Source of the DNA: Macrostomum hystrix
Lineage: Eukaryota > Animalia > Platyhelminthes
DNA length: 64,000 nt
NCBI GenBank assembly: GCA_950097015.1
Contig: CATNEN010000030.1
Span: forward strand, 868,001 to 932,000
Reading direction: 5' to 3'
The notes beneath the pieces were generated by a model. That model was not told the DNA's origin. It ran no database searches and worked only from the letters and a program-made list of their open reading frames with translations. Made by a program: the position numbers and the translations under genes. Shown here one piece after another: positions 1 through 10,467 of the stretch (positions within the stretch are counted from its first letter, which is position 1; each line of letters starts with the position of its first letter).

Positions 1-245
1 TAACGAGGGGGAAGCATGAATTAACGAGGGGAAGCATGAGTTAACGAGGGGGAAGCATGAGTTAACGAGGGGGAAGCATGAGTTAACGAGGGGGAAGCAT
101 GAGTTAACGAGGGGGAAGCATGAGTTAACGAGGGGGAAGCATGAGTTAACAAGGGGGAAGCATGAGTTAACGAGGGGGAAGCATGTATTAACGAGGGGAA
201 GCATATATTAACGAGGGGGAAGCATGAACTAACGAGGGATGGCAT
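1..245. repeat. Minisatellite, 21-22 bp unit (TTAACGAGGGGGAAGCATGAG), truncated by the window start
   Basis: Tandem copies visible directly; explains the SPSLTHA ORF 21..278. Confidence 0.95.
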
Positions 246-419
246 GAGTTTTTGAGCGGCTTTGTCGAGGGTTAGCATTGTATATCAAAGGGGTAGCAGG
301 ATTTATCGTTTTATCGATTATCGATTCATCGTATTAAGTTTTTCCTATTTAACTTTAGAACTACAGTGTGTAAGATTTTTAAGACCATTGTGGTTCACAT
401 TTATCCGAATATAGAACCC

Positions 420-677
420 AAGCCAATAGCCAATGGCCGTGCGCCTCGTGTTTGGGGCGCGACGAAGGCTGGAGGTGGTGAGGGGTGGAACAGGCCGATA
501 AAAGGGACCAGATCCCGGCTCCTTGGGAGACTGCCGCGCTCCTCAAAAGCTCTTTAGTTGAGACATCAAAGCGTTTAGCTTTAGCTTCAATCGGCGGAAA
601 GTTATTGATTATTAATAGCCCGCTTTAGTATATAGGGATTGAGATTCGAGTCCTGCATCAAAAACTACCAGGTGAGA
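420..677 (+). promoter_or_regulatory. Possible promoter and non-coding first exon
   Basis: Two adjacent AGCCAAT boxes (~421-433), a GATAAAAGGG TATA-like motif (~497) and a CAG|GTGAGA donor at 672; target gene not established. Confidence 0.3.
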
Positions 678-1509
678 TCTTGAGTTTTGATTTTTTCTCC
701 AATTGCAAATATTTCTTCAGGGTTTTGCTCCGATATTTTAACTTTAGAAGTATCTTATTTACTCGCTCTACTCAGTTTTCCATTTTTTAACTTTGTTGCA
801 TCTCAAAGCAAATCTTTTTGGTTGCGTTTGGTTGAAACTCAACTACTGCACTCTGTCAATACTGCTGGACTGCTTTATTGACAGATTCTTCCAGCTGGGA
901 ACCTTGCTTATGAAATACCGTTTGTTACAAAGTAACTCAAGGTTGAGTAAAAAAAATATTGAGTCTCGAGTGCAGCTAAGAATTAGCCGCTTCCATCGCT
1001 TTGAGCAAAAGTTTTCATTTGCGTCGTTTAACTAAAGCGGTGGTTAAATTGAGGCCGCTTTGTGTCTGTAAAATAGCTCAATAGCGCATTAGCAATCACT
1101 GGTTACAAGTATATGGCAGAATGGCTTGTGCTTCACTTAGATATTACCTGCGTTGGCCAGCTTGTCTGGCTACCTTTTTTCTTCTCAAACCCAAAAAATG
1201 CACAAGATAGAAAGATATCTAGAATTAATATTGATGAATTGGGCCTCGTCTGGTATTCACAAGTCACAAGGACTCAACCCAAAAGTAGCCCTGGCATTCT
1301 GTATATCTCTGAACTATTGTCTGCGGCTGAGCAAGCCTATTGAGCAAAAAATCTAAACTAAGGATGCCATTGACTTTAGTACTAGTATCTGAAGCAAATG
1401 CACACTGGCACAGGATAGTGTGCAAATTAAGTGACCACTCAATAGAAGTCTGACGTCACTGCGAAGGGAAAATCTTCTCGCAGAATATCGTCAAAGGCAT
1501 CCTTTAAAT

Positions 1510-1991
1510 CAGGGTCGGCAAACTTTTTAGCTGGCGGGCCAAAGAGAGAACCTAAAAGACGACTGCGGGCCGTATTGACTGTAGAAACATGGGATTGGGG
1601 AGAGATGAGACACGGGAGAGATGAGACACGGGAAAGACGAAACCGAGGAGAGACGAGGCAGGGGAGAGATGAGACACTGGAGAGATGAGACATGGGAGAG
1701 ATGAGACATGGGAGAGATGAGACACGGGAGAGATGAGACACGGGAAAGACGAGACCGAGGAGAGATGAGGCAGGGGAGAGATGAGACACGGGAGAGATGA
1801 GACACTGGAGAGATGAGACACGGGAGAGATGAGACACGGGAGAGATGAGACACGGGAAAGACGAGACCGAGGAGAGATGAGGCAGGGGAAAGATGCAACA
1901 GGATACCGTAGGTGTCGGAAGGTGCAGCGGGCCGGATTTGGGAGCTTCGAGGGCCGCATCTGGCCCGCGGACCGGAGTTTGTCAACCCCTG
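1510..1991. mobile_element. Non-autonomous hAT (Charlie-like) element / MITE
   Basis: Imperfect TIRs CAGGGTCGGCAAACT ... AGTTTGTCAACCCCTG; exact 8-bp TSD CTTTAAAT at 1502-1509 and 1992-1999. An 8-bp TSD and CAGGG ends are typical of hAT. Confidence 0.9.
1590..1900. repeat. Minisatellite, ~16 bp unit (GGGAGAGATGAGACAC), inside the hAT element
   Basis: Tandem copies; explains the SHLSRVSSLPCLISP ORFs. Confidence 0.95.
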
Positions 1992-4086
1992 CTTTAAATT
2001 GAAGTAGAGAATTAGTTTTAACTTAAATTGTTGCCATATTGACTTTGACTGGCTGCGAATTACCAAATAATGAGCTTAATTTCATTAAATATTCAGTGCC
2101 AGGGCCACCAAAGTATTCGTCCCTGATAGAAGTTGTTCGGCGTCTGGTATCGATACGGTATCGATCGCATCCAGAGTAGTTTGCTCCAGCTGTTTCTCAA
2201 TCTTCCATGCAACTTAATTCTTCATCTCCATAGTGTTTTCTCAACTGGGAACATAATCCCGCCGTTTAATTTACGACGCCTTTTTCGAAGAAAAAGATCT
2301 TATTCCTTAACCAGATATTTTGTTTGAAATTGAGAGAGGCCGCCTGATTGGGACCATTTGTGCCGAAAGAAGCAGTCGGTTATAAATCTTTCTCCACTTG
2401 CTAAATGACCCATACTAGAGCAGGCACAATATGTTATTGAATTCAACCAGCTCAGCACTTAGCTCGGGGAGATGGAGAAAAGCGGAGAAGAAACAGCAGA
2501 AGACAAGGGACTGTTCGAGAATCCAAAGAATTGATGTTTCTCCATCCAAAATGTTAACGCGCCACTGCGCCGCAATGCGAAGCACAGTATTGGCCTCAGC
2601 TATAGCCGTGTGGGTAAAGGCGACCTGTTTTGCATGAAACATTACCCACCAGTACTCTATAAGTCCAGGCTTTCCCGGCCAAGAATACATGCTCATATTA
2701 TATATTCTTTGGGCTGACCGAACAGAAACATATTAATAGAGAGAAAGAGGGGTGCGAGATGGACAGTGCAGCGAAGTGACTCCAGATTTTTAACATGCCA
2801 TCATGCTTTGCCGATGTGTTAAGCGAACAGTTCTGACCAAGAGTTCCATTCTTTGCTGCCTCATGCCTAGAGTCCACCAAACCCATTGATGGGGCCATTC
2901 CGATAAAGTAGGCCTGAGAATCCTGGGTGCCATTGTCAATGAAGAGTTTTATTAAACACTTAAGCAATTGTTTGGGCATATCTTCAGCATTCCAATTGGA
3001 TTGTTTGATTTACACATTCAAACACATCAAGGTGCTGTATTTGACAATGCACTTGAGACAATGCAACTGTCAGTTATGCTGGAATCTTCCATCTTCTTGC
3101 TATATAGCATGGTTTCTTCAAAGCCGCACCAGCCCTTTAGTGAATGCATTCCAACTCAAGAAGCGGTACTTTGGTAGGGAATGAACTCAGAATTAGCAAT
3201 TCACTGCACTATTTGCACCGGCCACTTTGCAAGCTTGGCAAACTGCTCATGCTGTGAAGGGGCGAGCTATCTGATCTGACGATGACTTGATAACTGGATT
3301 ACCACACCGATATCAAAGGATTTTCCTGTGAAGCTGCCGACAGCTTCAAAGGAATTAGCCGGGCCGACAAGTCCACAGATTTGAATCCGTTGACCCTGAC
3401 AGCATTTTAACTGGATAATGAATGTCTCCTATTCGAAATCTGTTTGAGCTCATTGAGACTGAAGGTCCTACCAGATGTGACAGCTTTCTTTTTAGAATAG
3501 ATCTAATTAGCAAGCTCTAGATTAGCTGGAAACAGTAGGCCGGGTCTATTATCGAATGTTGAATTAAAGCAACTGATTCGGTCACTTGTCTTGGTAAATA
3601 AACTCTGACAGAAATATAAATATATACATATTTCTCTGAATTCGCATCGAGCAGCGATCGATTTGATCGATGCCATAAGCAGATAATAAATTCAAGTTCA
3701 AGTTTAAACAGAAAAATATAGTGAGTCTACATTCAAGAGGTCAGCAAATAGCCTGTTTGATTGATATTACTGTTTGACCACTCTGAAGTATTTGTCTTCC
3801 ATGCAAAAGTGTCTTTGAAGTGCTCTAACGAACGATTAAGTTACCATGCAAGCCCAGGTCAAACAAACCAAAACTCAATTGTTTTAAACACTCGAAACAG
3901 ATAGGACTGTAATTAAAAAAGCTGATTAAAATATTCTCATAATCAATCGTGATACTTATCGGAAGACCTCTTAGAACTCCCATGCATTTCAAAGTGCACA
4001 AGCGATGCGAGCATTGGGTCACGTCTTAAAACAGCAGGATCCGGCTTAAAATCTACTCAAACGCAACCCACGCAACACAACACAGA

Positions 4087-4635
4087 ATGCGAGCTCAACT
4101 GATCGGCCTCTGTCTGTTGCTGACGATTGGCGCCGCCCTCGCTTGCGAGCCCGAAGACTGTTACGAAGATGAAGTTAGGGAAGAGTGCCAGCCCCTGTGC
4201 TACCAGTTGAGCGCCGAGAATGACAAGAGAGCCTCGTTCGTTCGCCTGGGCAAGCGCGCTTCGTTCGTTCGTCTCGGCAAGCGCGCCTCGTTCGTTCGCC
4301 TGGGCAAGCGCGCTTCGTTCGTTCGTCTCGGCAAGCGCACCTCATTCAGTCCCGTTGACAAGCGTGCCTCGTTCGTTCGCCTCGGCAAGCGCGCCTCGTT
4401 CGTTCGCCTTGGCAAGCGTGCCTCGTTCGTTCGTCTCGGCAAGCGCACATCATTCAGTCCCGTTGACAAGCGTGCCTCGTTCGTTCGCCTCGGCAAGCGC
4501 GCCTCGTTCGTTCGTCTCGGCAAGCGCGCCTCGTTCGTTCGCCTTGGCAAGCGCGCCTCGTTCGTTCGTCTCGGCAAGAGGCCCAGCTACGATGCCTCTG
4601 ACAATGAAGAGTACCGGGACGATGACCTCAACTAG
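4087..4635 (+). CDS. Neuropeptide precursor (FVRIamide/FXRIamide-like): 11 x ASFVRLamide, 2 x TSFSPVD
   Basis: Hydrophobic signal peptide MRAQLIGLCLLLTIGAALA, a 4-Cys acidic segment, then 13 nine-residue units separated by KR convertase sites; Gly-Lys-Arg amidation signals; synonymous codon variation between units shows selection on the protein. Confidence 0.95.
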   Translation: MRAQLIGLCLLLTIGAALACEPEDCYEDEVREECQPLCYQLSAENDKRASFVRLGKRASFVRLGKRASFVRLGKRASFVRLGKRTSFSPVDKRASFVRLGKRASFVRLGKRASFVRLGKRTSFSPVDKRASFVRLGKRASFVRLGKRASFVRLGKRASFVRLGKRPSYDASDNEEYRDDDLN

Positions 4636-5078
4636 CAAAATAATGCCAAGAAATGGGCAAGCTACACTCCGCTGAACTGAACACCGCTGTTGGTCGCAAT
4701 AATGACTTACTGAATCCGCGTTTGACCAAAAATATTAACAAGGAAATCAAATCGCTTAATTTGCATCCTTTGTCCGAGCTGATTCCCTGATTTGAAATAC
4801 ATACGGAGAACTGTTTAAATCTTGGCGGGGTTTTAAATTAGGCCCCATTTAACTTTGGCCTGCTTGCGTTTGCCAAAGTTGCAAAACGGTCCGTTTTTTG
4901 TCATATACTCGTATTACTCGTATGAGTATATCAGTCCTGAAGACAAATTCACTCGTACCTCAAAAAAACTTTAAGCTCTAATCAAAACACTCGATACAAC
5001 AGGCCATAGTATCAAGCTATCATAGTTTATGTACAGCACAAAAGCGAAATCAATCAAAAGCACAAGTAATACGTATCT

Positions 5079-5440
5079 ACCTGTGTCTGAGATTAGCAAC
5101 CTGTGTCTGAGGTTAGCAACCTGTGTCTGAGATTAGCAACCTGTGTCTGAGGTTAGCAACCTGTGTCTGAGGTTATAGCCTGTGTCTGAGGTTAGCAACC
5201 TGTGTCTGAGGTTAGCAACCTGTGTCTGAGGTTATAGCCTGTGTCTGAGATTAGCAACCTGTGTCTGAGGTTAGCAACCTATGTCTGAGATTAGCAACCT
5301 GTGTCTGAGGTTAGCAACCTATGTCTGAGATTAGCAACCTGTGTCTGAGGTTAGCAACCTGTGTCTGAGGTTAGCAACCTGTGTCTGAGGTTAGCAACCT
5401 GTGTCTGAGGTTTGCAACCTGTGTCCATGGTTAGCAACCT
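5079..5440. repeat. Minisatellite, 20 bp unit (ACCTGTGTCTGAGGTTAGCA), ~18 copies
   Basis: Tandem copies visible. Confidence 0.95.
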
Positions 5441-8184
5441 ATCAGTATTATCGAAGAAAATCAATACTCTTGATCAGTAGCTGGTATCCAGTTTTTAGAA
5501 CAATTAGGAATCCCTTCGGGAAAAAAAGCTTGGCATTTCGGATCTGTCATTTTGCTTTGATCAATAGTTAATGATTTATAACCGACAGATCAGACATTTC
5601 AAGATAGATTTCTAAACACATTGACTGAATAAATTGACAGATTTCTAGATTGCTTGAGTTAAAAAAACGGCCTACTTGACTCGAATAGAAGTTACAAATT
5701 TAAGTACTGTTTGCATGTTAATTTAATATCCTTTGCTGATATAACTTCAGAGACGTTCATCAGAGAAGTTCATCACTACGTGCTCGACTAAGCAATTTAA
5801 CTCTACCATATTACCCTTAATTTCGTAGTCGATAACCAACGAGGTCGCGGGAGTTCAAACCTCAGCTGAAAAGCTACTGAACTCAAAATTTCTTTAAGTC
5901 CAACCAACTACCAGCATCAGATGGGTTAGGAATTCCAATGGGTGTGGTGCTCCCCCATAAGTTTAGAATCATCATACTACTGGCATTCTGCAGAACAGAG
6001 TAATACACACTGAACGTGGCCCGCTGTACGATCATAATAACGCATAAAATGTATTATTAGATCTCTTTTAAATGTTAGAAATTGCTTTTGCAAAGCAATT
6101 GCAAGCATGCAAATTGCTTTTATTTTAGACAGCGTATCCCAGCTTTACCGTTTGAAGTATTGATTAAAGCAATATTTTAAATTGCCTCAATGAAAGAAAA
6201 AGCTCTACGAGTACGAAGTTGTTCGTAGTTTTGTTCTTAAAATGTTGAAAGGGTCTGGTCCAGCCAAGCCCCAGCCAAGGCCCCAGCAAGACCAAAACTG
6301 GACCTCTGTTGTACGTGTATTTTAAATCGGTGCGTGTTTTCCCCAAAGACGACGACCCTAATTGGGATAGCCTATATAGAATGTTCTATATTTAGAAATA
6401 CACTACGGAGATCAAAAAAGGTCCTTCGGCTTTTTGCGCGCTGGCTTGCATGCCGTCCACAGTTAGCAGTGTGCTGCTATACTTACAGCCATAGACGTGT
6501 GCAAGAAATACACTAAGGAGATCAAAAAGAGGTCTTTCACCCTTTTGCGCTACGCATGCCTGCTGTTAGTAGTAGCTATAGCAGTGCAGAAACTGGCTAG
6601 TCAGTGAGTTTCTGCAGCTAGAAGAAGCTGCAAATTTGGATTTCGACTTTGGTTTTTGGCTTTGGATGTTTCGCTTTCTTCTAACTGATCTCAACTGATC
6701 GTTCCAACAAAAGCACTCTGGAGGAAAGTGAAAGCGAGGTAGAGTGAAGAGAGGATCAGATCGAAGGAAGGAAGAAAGGAAGGGAAGAAAGGAAGGGAAG
6801 AAAGGAAGGAAAGCAAGAAACGTGCCATGTGCAAACGTACTTTTGCGAATGTACTGACTGGTCTGACAGAAGGTAATATACTGCTGAGCAAGCTATTAAT
6901 CACATGCGAAATGGACATTTCCTCTGTCGAATGTAAGGGTTGTATTTTTGCGAAAATACATAAAGTATTGCTGATGATTATTTCTAATGTTTTTTCGCTA
7001 AAAGACGTGTTCGCAAACAGGGGTCTTTTTTAGCGAATGTATACTTAAAGTAGTCCTATAATGTTTATTTTTCTGATGTTAATAAGGACGAATTATATTT
7101 ACGATAGCGTATATCAGTTGTCGAATTAAATTGTAACTACTTATACGATAAGGCTTAGTATTTCATATGGTATTTTCGCAAAAGTTTGCTGCTTATATTT
7201 ATTGTTGTCAAGCGAGGGAAAAGGCAGTATTTTACCATAGACATTTCACTTAGTAGTATCTCTGCAAATTGCAAAAAGTATTGATGAATGCTATTCATGA
7301 AGGTATTTTCGCAAAAAATAATGACGAGTTCTAAATGGAAAGTAAATACAGTATTTTCGCGAAAAGACTGATATGTTGTTTAGACGAAGGTAAGGGCAGT
7401 ATTTTGCAAAAGTTTTTGAAGTAGCGTGCATGGCTACATGCATCTTATGGTATTTTCGCGAAAGTACATACGTATTCTTAGACGAAGTGTCTTGTACTTT
7501 TTTTACCATAGACACATTTAGTATTTCTGCAAATGGCCAAGAGTCATGAATGTATTTTTTCGCAATAAGACTATTTATACTGTTGTACATTATTTTGCGA
7601 AAGTACTAACGATACGATGACTAATCTATTTTTCGCAAAAATGCTGATATGTTCTCAAAGAAGGTAAAGGCAGATTTTTGCAACAGCTCTAAAAAATGGA
7701 TGACTTTTTTTTTCACAATATTTTTGATAAAATATAACATGGCCTAAAACATGTGCGAAAGTACTTATGATGAGTATTTATGATGACTATTTCTAATGGT
7801 AATCAAATCATTACTTGAACTATTAACTTGTTTATTTTTTTGTTTACGTTAGAATTTGCAAATTACAACACGTGTACTGATGTATATTTGCTTCGCATGA
7901 TTATCTGGCGTACCTGCGTATTTTAAGAAAACGAGACCAGTTTAAATTTATTATCAGATGATAATCAAATGATTTCATCTGTTAAGTCATTGATTTATTG
8001 ATTGGTTGACTAATTTATTTACAAACGAAATGATCTGTGTTTACAATCGTTTAGCATCAATAAAAGAGCAACAAATAGAACATGAGATTCTCAGTTGTAA
8101 AGGGACGGGTTTCACAATTGACATAGATAATCGATAATAGTTGACATAAGTTTGGCAATTATCAACCAATCAGCAAATATTTAG

Positions 8185-8592
8185 TCAGGTTGTCACATTG
8201 CTGTTGGTATTAATGAATTCTGCAATCGTACTCGAATCAATCGAATCAGACGAAGAGTCACCAATGTCACTTGACGAAAGGGTTGCATTTGCTGCCTCTG
8301 TAATTGCCGGTTTACTTTTACATGGTCGTGCGATGTGCTTGCTGATTTGCCGCACACATTTACCACAATATGGACGACGCTTGTATAGTACATCAATTCC
8401 CTTCCGACGGAGTATGATGACCTTCCATACAGCATTTGCCTTGGCATCAGCCGACGCATTCGCTGCAGCTCGGATATCTGCAGGTATGTCGCTCCAGTCG
8501 AATCTCGAAATGAAATCCGAATGTTGTCTAGCAAAGTGCCTTCTGATATTCTTCTTCGCAACTGCGGCATTGCAGACAGGGCAGTCGTCCAT
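8185..8592 (-). CDS. Small intronless ORF (135 aa) with an N-terminal C2H2-type zinc finger and a second CxxC...H...C motif
   Basis: CPVCNAAVAKKNIRRHFARQH and CGKCVRQISKHIARPC; ATG start; TTTTATAA motif ~75 bp upstream on the minus strand; GC-richer than its flanks. Confidence 0.5.
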   Translation of the reverse strand: MDDCPVCNAAVAKKNIRRHFARQHSDFISRFDWSDIPADIRAAANASADAKANAVWKVIILRRKGIDVLYKRRPYCGKCVRQISKHIARPCKSKPAITEAANATLSSSDIGDSSSDSIDSSTIAEFINTNSNVTT

Positions 8593-9409
8593 TTCGTTCG
8601 CTTCGATTTGGTTATATGACTAGAAAAAATTGTTCGATTTATTACCGAGCGCACTCGGCTACCGCTGTTATAAAACGCTCCGACTGTACTCACGGTTTGT
8701 CCCACGAACTAAAAATTTGCACTTGTCTATGGACTAATTATGATTAAGTTTATCGACTAGGATACAAATTAAGTATTTTTCGTTAATTTACCTACTTACA
8801 GTAGAGCACGTTCCAAAATACGCATATAGTATAGTACGTGATGTAAATCTAGTTACGTTTCGCGAATGTACGACATCTGACTGGAGGTAATATACTGCTA
8901 AGCAAGCTATTAATGACATGCAAAGCGGATATTTTCTCAGTCGAATGTAAGGGTTGTATTTTTGCGAAAATACATAAAGCAGTGCTGATATGTATTGTGA
9001 AGTATAATTGTACATAAAGACTTTAAGTAGTTATAATTACAATTTCATATGGTATTTTCGCTAAAGTGAACTTGTGATTATGTGATGAAACAACAGCACC
9101 AAGGCAAATTTCTGGTGTCGTCGTTTCGCGAAAGAGCCTATAATGTGTAATTGTAATTGCGAAAGTATGCATTTTTGCGTTATACTTTAGCGAAAGAAAG
9201 ATGCATAGCATAAGTTTGTTAGTAAGTCTATGCAAACTCGGTGCATTCGCAAAAGCACAAAATAATATATGAGTACTTTCGCAAACACGAATACATGCTC
9301 CACAGTGCCCCAGTGCGAAAAGACATTAGCTTAGCTGTTCTATTTTTAGAAATACACTAAGGAGATCAAAAAAAGGTCTTTCAGCCTTTTTGCACGACAC
9401 ATGCATGCT

Positions 9410-9480
9410 GTTCCTTCCGGAAGATTTTGCTTTATATTGATTTATATAGAAGCAATTCCTTCCGGAAGATTTTGCCAATG
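9410..9480. promoter_or_regulatory. Duplicated TTCCTTCCGGAAG (ETS-like) motif upstream of SARDH
   Basis: Direct repeat TTCCTTCCGGAAGATTTTGC occurs twice, ~1 kb upstream of the SARDH ATG; function inferred. Confidence 0.3.
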
Positions 9481-10467
9481 CAGTTAATATGCTAGAGCCA
9501 TAGACGGTTGGGTCTGGAGTGCGGCCTTGAGTAGCGGAATTCCCACTTGTACGTGCTTGTCGATTCAAGCATGGTGAATTTATTGTCACGTGACTCCCCC
9601 CTAAGTCGTGCTAGCACGTGAAGCTAAGTAAATTGCGAGCTATCGTCCGATTGTTGCGTGTTATCGTGGCGATAGGTATTTTCTAGTCTATTTTCTTTCT
9701 TTGTAATCTGGTAATGGTATCAAAGCCTATGTATTAGACAAGTTCAGGAAATTAACTAGCCCAAACAGCTACTTGTACATTTTTCACAATAGTTTTTCCT
9801 GCCAGCTATGTTGGGCTGTGACCTGTCATTGATTGACAGCATAGCAATTGATTGCTAATATTAGCTAAGCCTTGCTTAGACCTACGTGACTTTGTTAATA
9901 GTTGGCTTGTTTGCTAGGCTTCTGGGGTTAATGCTTATGGGCTATGGTGGAACTGGAACTCTAGTGAATCTAGTCTAGCTATGGTGGCTTCTTGATGTAT
10001 TTTTGTTCTTATGAACATAGCTTAGACATTAGACCTAGCAAAGCCCCAATCAATGGGCCAAGTTTAAATTATTAATTGCAATCCAAAGTATAAGCATTGT
10101 TAGCTGCTAGCTTGTATTAACTAGGCTAGGCCTATTAAGCAAACTTGGTTACCTCTCTAAATCATTGAAACTATTTTTTAGAGTTTAATTAGGCCTAGTC
10201 AAAAAACTATAGTGTCACACAAATTCTAGCAATTAACATTTTGAAAAGGCCTTTGATAAGTCTTTTTTAGGTTTGCCACAATGCTATCTAGTAGGCCTAC
10301 ATTGCTTTTTAACAATCAAACATGAAACAATTACAAATTAGTTATAGATTGGAGTTTGGGCTTTCACTAGGTCTAGCCAGTTCTATAATTATATTGTATC
10401 TATCAATGAAAATAAAATTATAGAAAAAATATATAACAAAAATGCTCTTTCAGTTATTATCATCGGA

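Larger units (their letters stand above)
6385..9500. repeat. Complex degenerate repeat domain rich in TTT(C/T)GC(G/A)AAA motifs, with internal direct repeats
   Basis: ~6845-6990 is repeated at ~8865-8995; a TAGAAATACACTAAGGAGATCAAAAA block occurs at ~6390, ~6505 and ~9345; ~275-bp periodicity between 7225-7420 and 7500-7690. Confidence 0.7.

Noticed and set aside
1113-1356. 76-aa and 67-aa ORFs as genes
   Set aside because: Short, no recognisable domain or codon bias
5835-5960. Possible SINE fragment (GGGAGTTCAAACC B-box-like)
   Set aside because: Too short and diverged to assign to either SINE family
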